A stretch of 64,000 nucleotides of DNA from Octopus sinensis (Eukaryota), in assembly GCF_006345805.1 (NCBI RefSeq), contig NC_042998.1:99076001-99140000 (forward strand), written 5' to 3'. The notes beneath the pieces are model-generated. The model saw only the letters and a list, made by a program, of their open reading frames with translations. It was not told the origin of the DNA and did not search any database. Both the position numbers and the translations under genes were made by a program. Shown here one piece after another: positions 61,464 to 64,000 of the stretch (the stretch's first letter is position 1; each line of letters starts with the position of its first letter).

Positions 61464-62168
61464 CTAGATGTATCTGACATGACCTGTTGGGTCACAACCA
61501 CTGCATGGTAGAAAAGGGAAAAATACTATTTTGAGCTTCATGCAATAAAATTCTTAAATAATAGAGTTCTCCTGCCTTTGGTGTGACAACATAAACATGA
61601 CCAAGTGCTTCTTCTTTGAAAATGTTCAAATGGCCTTCAACTTTTTTTCTTGCTTTTTTCTTTGCCATTCTTTTTTACTACTGTTCCAAGAGAAATACTT
61701 GGTTACTTCAGCATTAGGTAACGTTTTTGCAAGGTCATCATTGATGCACAGTGAAAGGAGTTCTGTCAATGTTGTTCTCATATGTTGTTCATTGACAGCC
61801 ATGTATATCCTCATTATTTATGAGCAATATTCTTTGTTCATCTGGTGGATGAACTTGCAGTCTCACTATTGCAGGTGCTCTTTCATGAATGGAAAATCCT
61901 AAAATAGAAGCAATTGCTTCAGATGGTCCAGTATCTCTAATTTCATTACCATTGCTTATTTGAACAGCAGCTTGGTCATTTCCTTTCAGCACGTACTTGA
62001 TAACATACTTAATTGACCTCACTGAGGCAGTGATTTCAATGTTGCAGTGGCATTTCAATGCTCTTAAAAGAGTTTCATTATAAGGTGCAACCCATTTGCT
62101 GTTGTTTGTTTTTCCATTCTTATGAGATTCAACTCCTCCCTTGTAACTGATCTTTGTCTATAAAGAGA
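61464..62168 (-). mobile_element. Internally deleted Helitron with both termini and a RepHel fragment
   Basis: 5' A|TCTCTTTATA and 3' hairpin TGACC-CAACA-GGTCA then CTAG|T. Internal WVAPYN..L, NIE..SVRSIKYVIKYVLKG and GELYYLRILL. Confidence 0.85.
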
Positions 62169-62255
62169 TAGTCTCTCTGTCTGTTTTTCTGCCTTTTGGT
62201 TAAGCTGGTAAAGATTAATATTTTATTTTAAATAAAATAGTAATTTTCCCCTTAA

Positions 62256-62454
62256 AGAAAAAAAAAATCAAGTACCCATGATTTAAAAGATATCTCATAA
62301 AAATATAGGAAGAATTTCTATCTTTCAAGTTCATGGCACTCCAAAAGTTATATAAATGATCAAGGGAAGAAACAGAAAATAAGAAAAAAGGACAGCCGGT
62401 GGTAGCTTTGACAACACTTTGAAGTGTTGACATTTTCAACTTGATTTTTTTTTC
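62256..62454. mobile_element. Possible TTAA-flanked (Kolobok-like) MITE
   Basis: TTAA|AGAAAAAAAAAATCAAGT ... ACTTGATTTTTTTTTC|TTAA. Confidence 0.35.
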
Positions 62455-62543
62455 TTAAAGAGGGAATTGACTATCTTATTTGTAATCTTTATCATCTTAA
62501 TCAAATGGCTTGAAAACAGGCAAACTTGAGTTTTAGAATAATA

Positions 62544-62613
<70 letters not shown>

Positions 62614-63345
62614 TCATTATTATCATCATCATCATTGTTTAACGTCTGTTTTACATTTTATCATGAATTAGACAGTTTGACTGGAGCTGATAAGCCGGAT
62701 GCCCTTCCTAACATCTACCACTTTAAAGAGTGTGCTGGGTGTCTTTTACATAGCACTGGTATGGGTACTCTTTTATGTTTCACCAGCACAGGTGCCTTTT
62801 ATATGTCACTGGCATGGGTGCCTTTTTAACATGTCACTAGCATGGGTGCTTTTTACGTGTCACTGACACTGATACCTTTCACACGTTACTGGCACGGGTG
62901 CCTTTTATGTGTCATTGGCACTGGCCATGACCATGATTTCACTTAGCTTGACGTATCTTCTCAAGCACAGTAAATTATCAAAAGTCTCAGTCACTTGTCA
63001 TTGCCTGCATGTGACTCAACATCCGAAAAATATAAGAAAGGGAGATAATAAAGTAGTGGTGATCCTGAAACAGAGGTACACGTGCATATATATGTGAGAG
63101 TGTGTATGCGTGTGCATGTGGAAGGGGGCTGGTGACATTGACATGTGCATGTGTGCATCTGTAGGCATGTGGATGATGGTGTAGGTGCTGAGAAGTGGTC
63201 AGTGCTAGTGTGTGGGGGGTGGTGTGGTGTGGTGTGGTATGGTGATGTGGTGTGGTGTGTAGTGTGTGGTGTTGTGGTGTGGTTTGGTGGTGTGTGGTGT
63301 ATATTTATATTTACCTGTATATGTGTATATGTGCACTTATGACAC

Positions 63346-63830
63346 TTGATCAGCTACAACAATGATTATAGCTCCCTATCCGAGACAGGACAACCAGAAT
63401 GTGGAAGTATCGAGCATGTTTTTGTGCAATGGAAGGATACAAGATTGGCATTAAACCTATTGGTGATTATTTTTGAGGTCTTTGTTCAGGGAATCACTGA
63501 AGGATTGGAGTGGAGTGAGTTGTCTAGATTGCATGTGGATGACACTTGGATGCAGAAGTTTTAGGAGTAGTGAAGATCAGTATCATCTGCATAGGAGTAG
63601 GTTGGTGAGTATATAAAGCAGCGTGGATACAATATTGAACACTGAGGCACATCAGAAATAATAGAGCATTGGTCAGAGAGAGCTGCATTAGTGCACACTG
63701 TGATGGTGTGATCTAACAGAAAGCTTCTGTTAGAATGAGGTGGCTTATTTGCAGCTAATAGGTTTTGCATGCCAAAGTATTGGAGAATGTGTGTGTTGAT
63801 GACTGTCTCTATAATCTTCAAGATATTGGA
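63346..63830 (-). mobile_element. Highly degenerate CR1/L2-type RT fragment
   Basis: SDVPQCSIL...YADDT. Confidence 0.55.
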
Positions 63831-64000
63831 ATTGAGAGTAACAAGTCAATAATTTGTAGTGTCAATAATTGCTCTTGTTAGGTATAGGACACAGTGCAGC
63901 ATATTCGTAAAGATAGACTTTAATAAAGAGAGAAAGAAATTAAGAGAGACACTACCTAGGATAGTTGTTCACTTTGGTTTTTTTGATCAGAGGTCCTTCC

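Overview
This is AT-rich, microsatellite- and transposon-dense eukaryotic DNA. The repeat families suggest an octopod cephalopod (inference). One host gene can be rebuilt by hand: a profilin-4-like gene on the minus strand with 4 coding exons (30043-29927, 20017-19883, 10036-9931, 8962-8934), 128 aa and GT-AG introns throughout. Its two ~10 kb introns hold a near-intact CsRn1-clade Ty3/Gypsy element (20661-25948), an older RT-deleted Mag-like Gypsy element (11727-15124), a mariner and a 5'-truncated RTE LINE. The rest of the window is tRNA-derived SINEs, RTE/CR1/R4-Dong/BovB-like LINE fragments, Penelope-like remnants, Tc1/mariner, Merlin, hAT- and piggyBac-type MITEs and Helitron pieces. The most unusual signals are: (1) several minimal type-I hammerhead ribozyme motifs in Penelope-type termini, including a family that joins a tRNA-like Pol III head to a hammerhead-bearing tail; (2) a PHD finger inside the RT domain of the dominant RTE LINE; (3) hairpin-kernel tandem arrays and a SINE-type domain in that LINE's 3' UTR; (4) a CpG-retaining domain (~30.3-39.9 kb) with RFX X-box motifs upstream of the profilin gene. 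Everything was read by eye with no database search. Family names come from recalled motifs, and repeat boundaries are approximate unless termini or TSDs are quoted.
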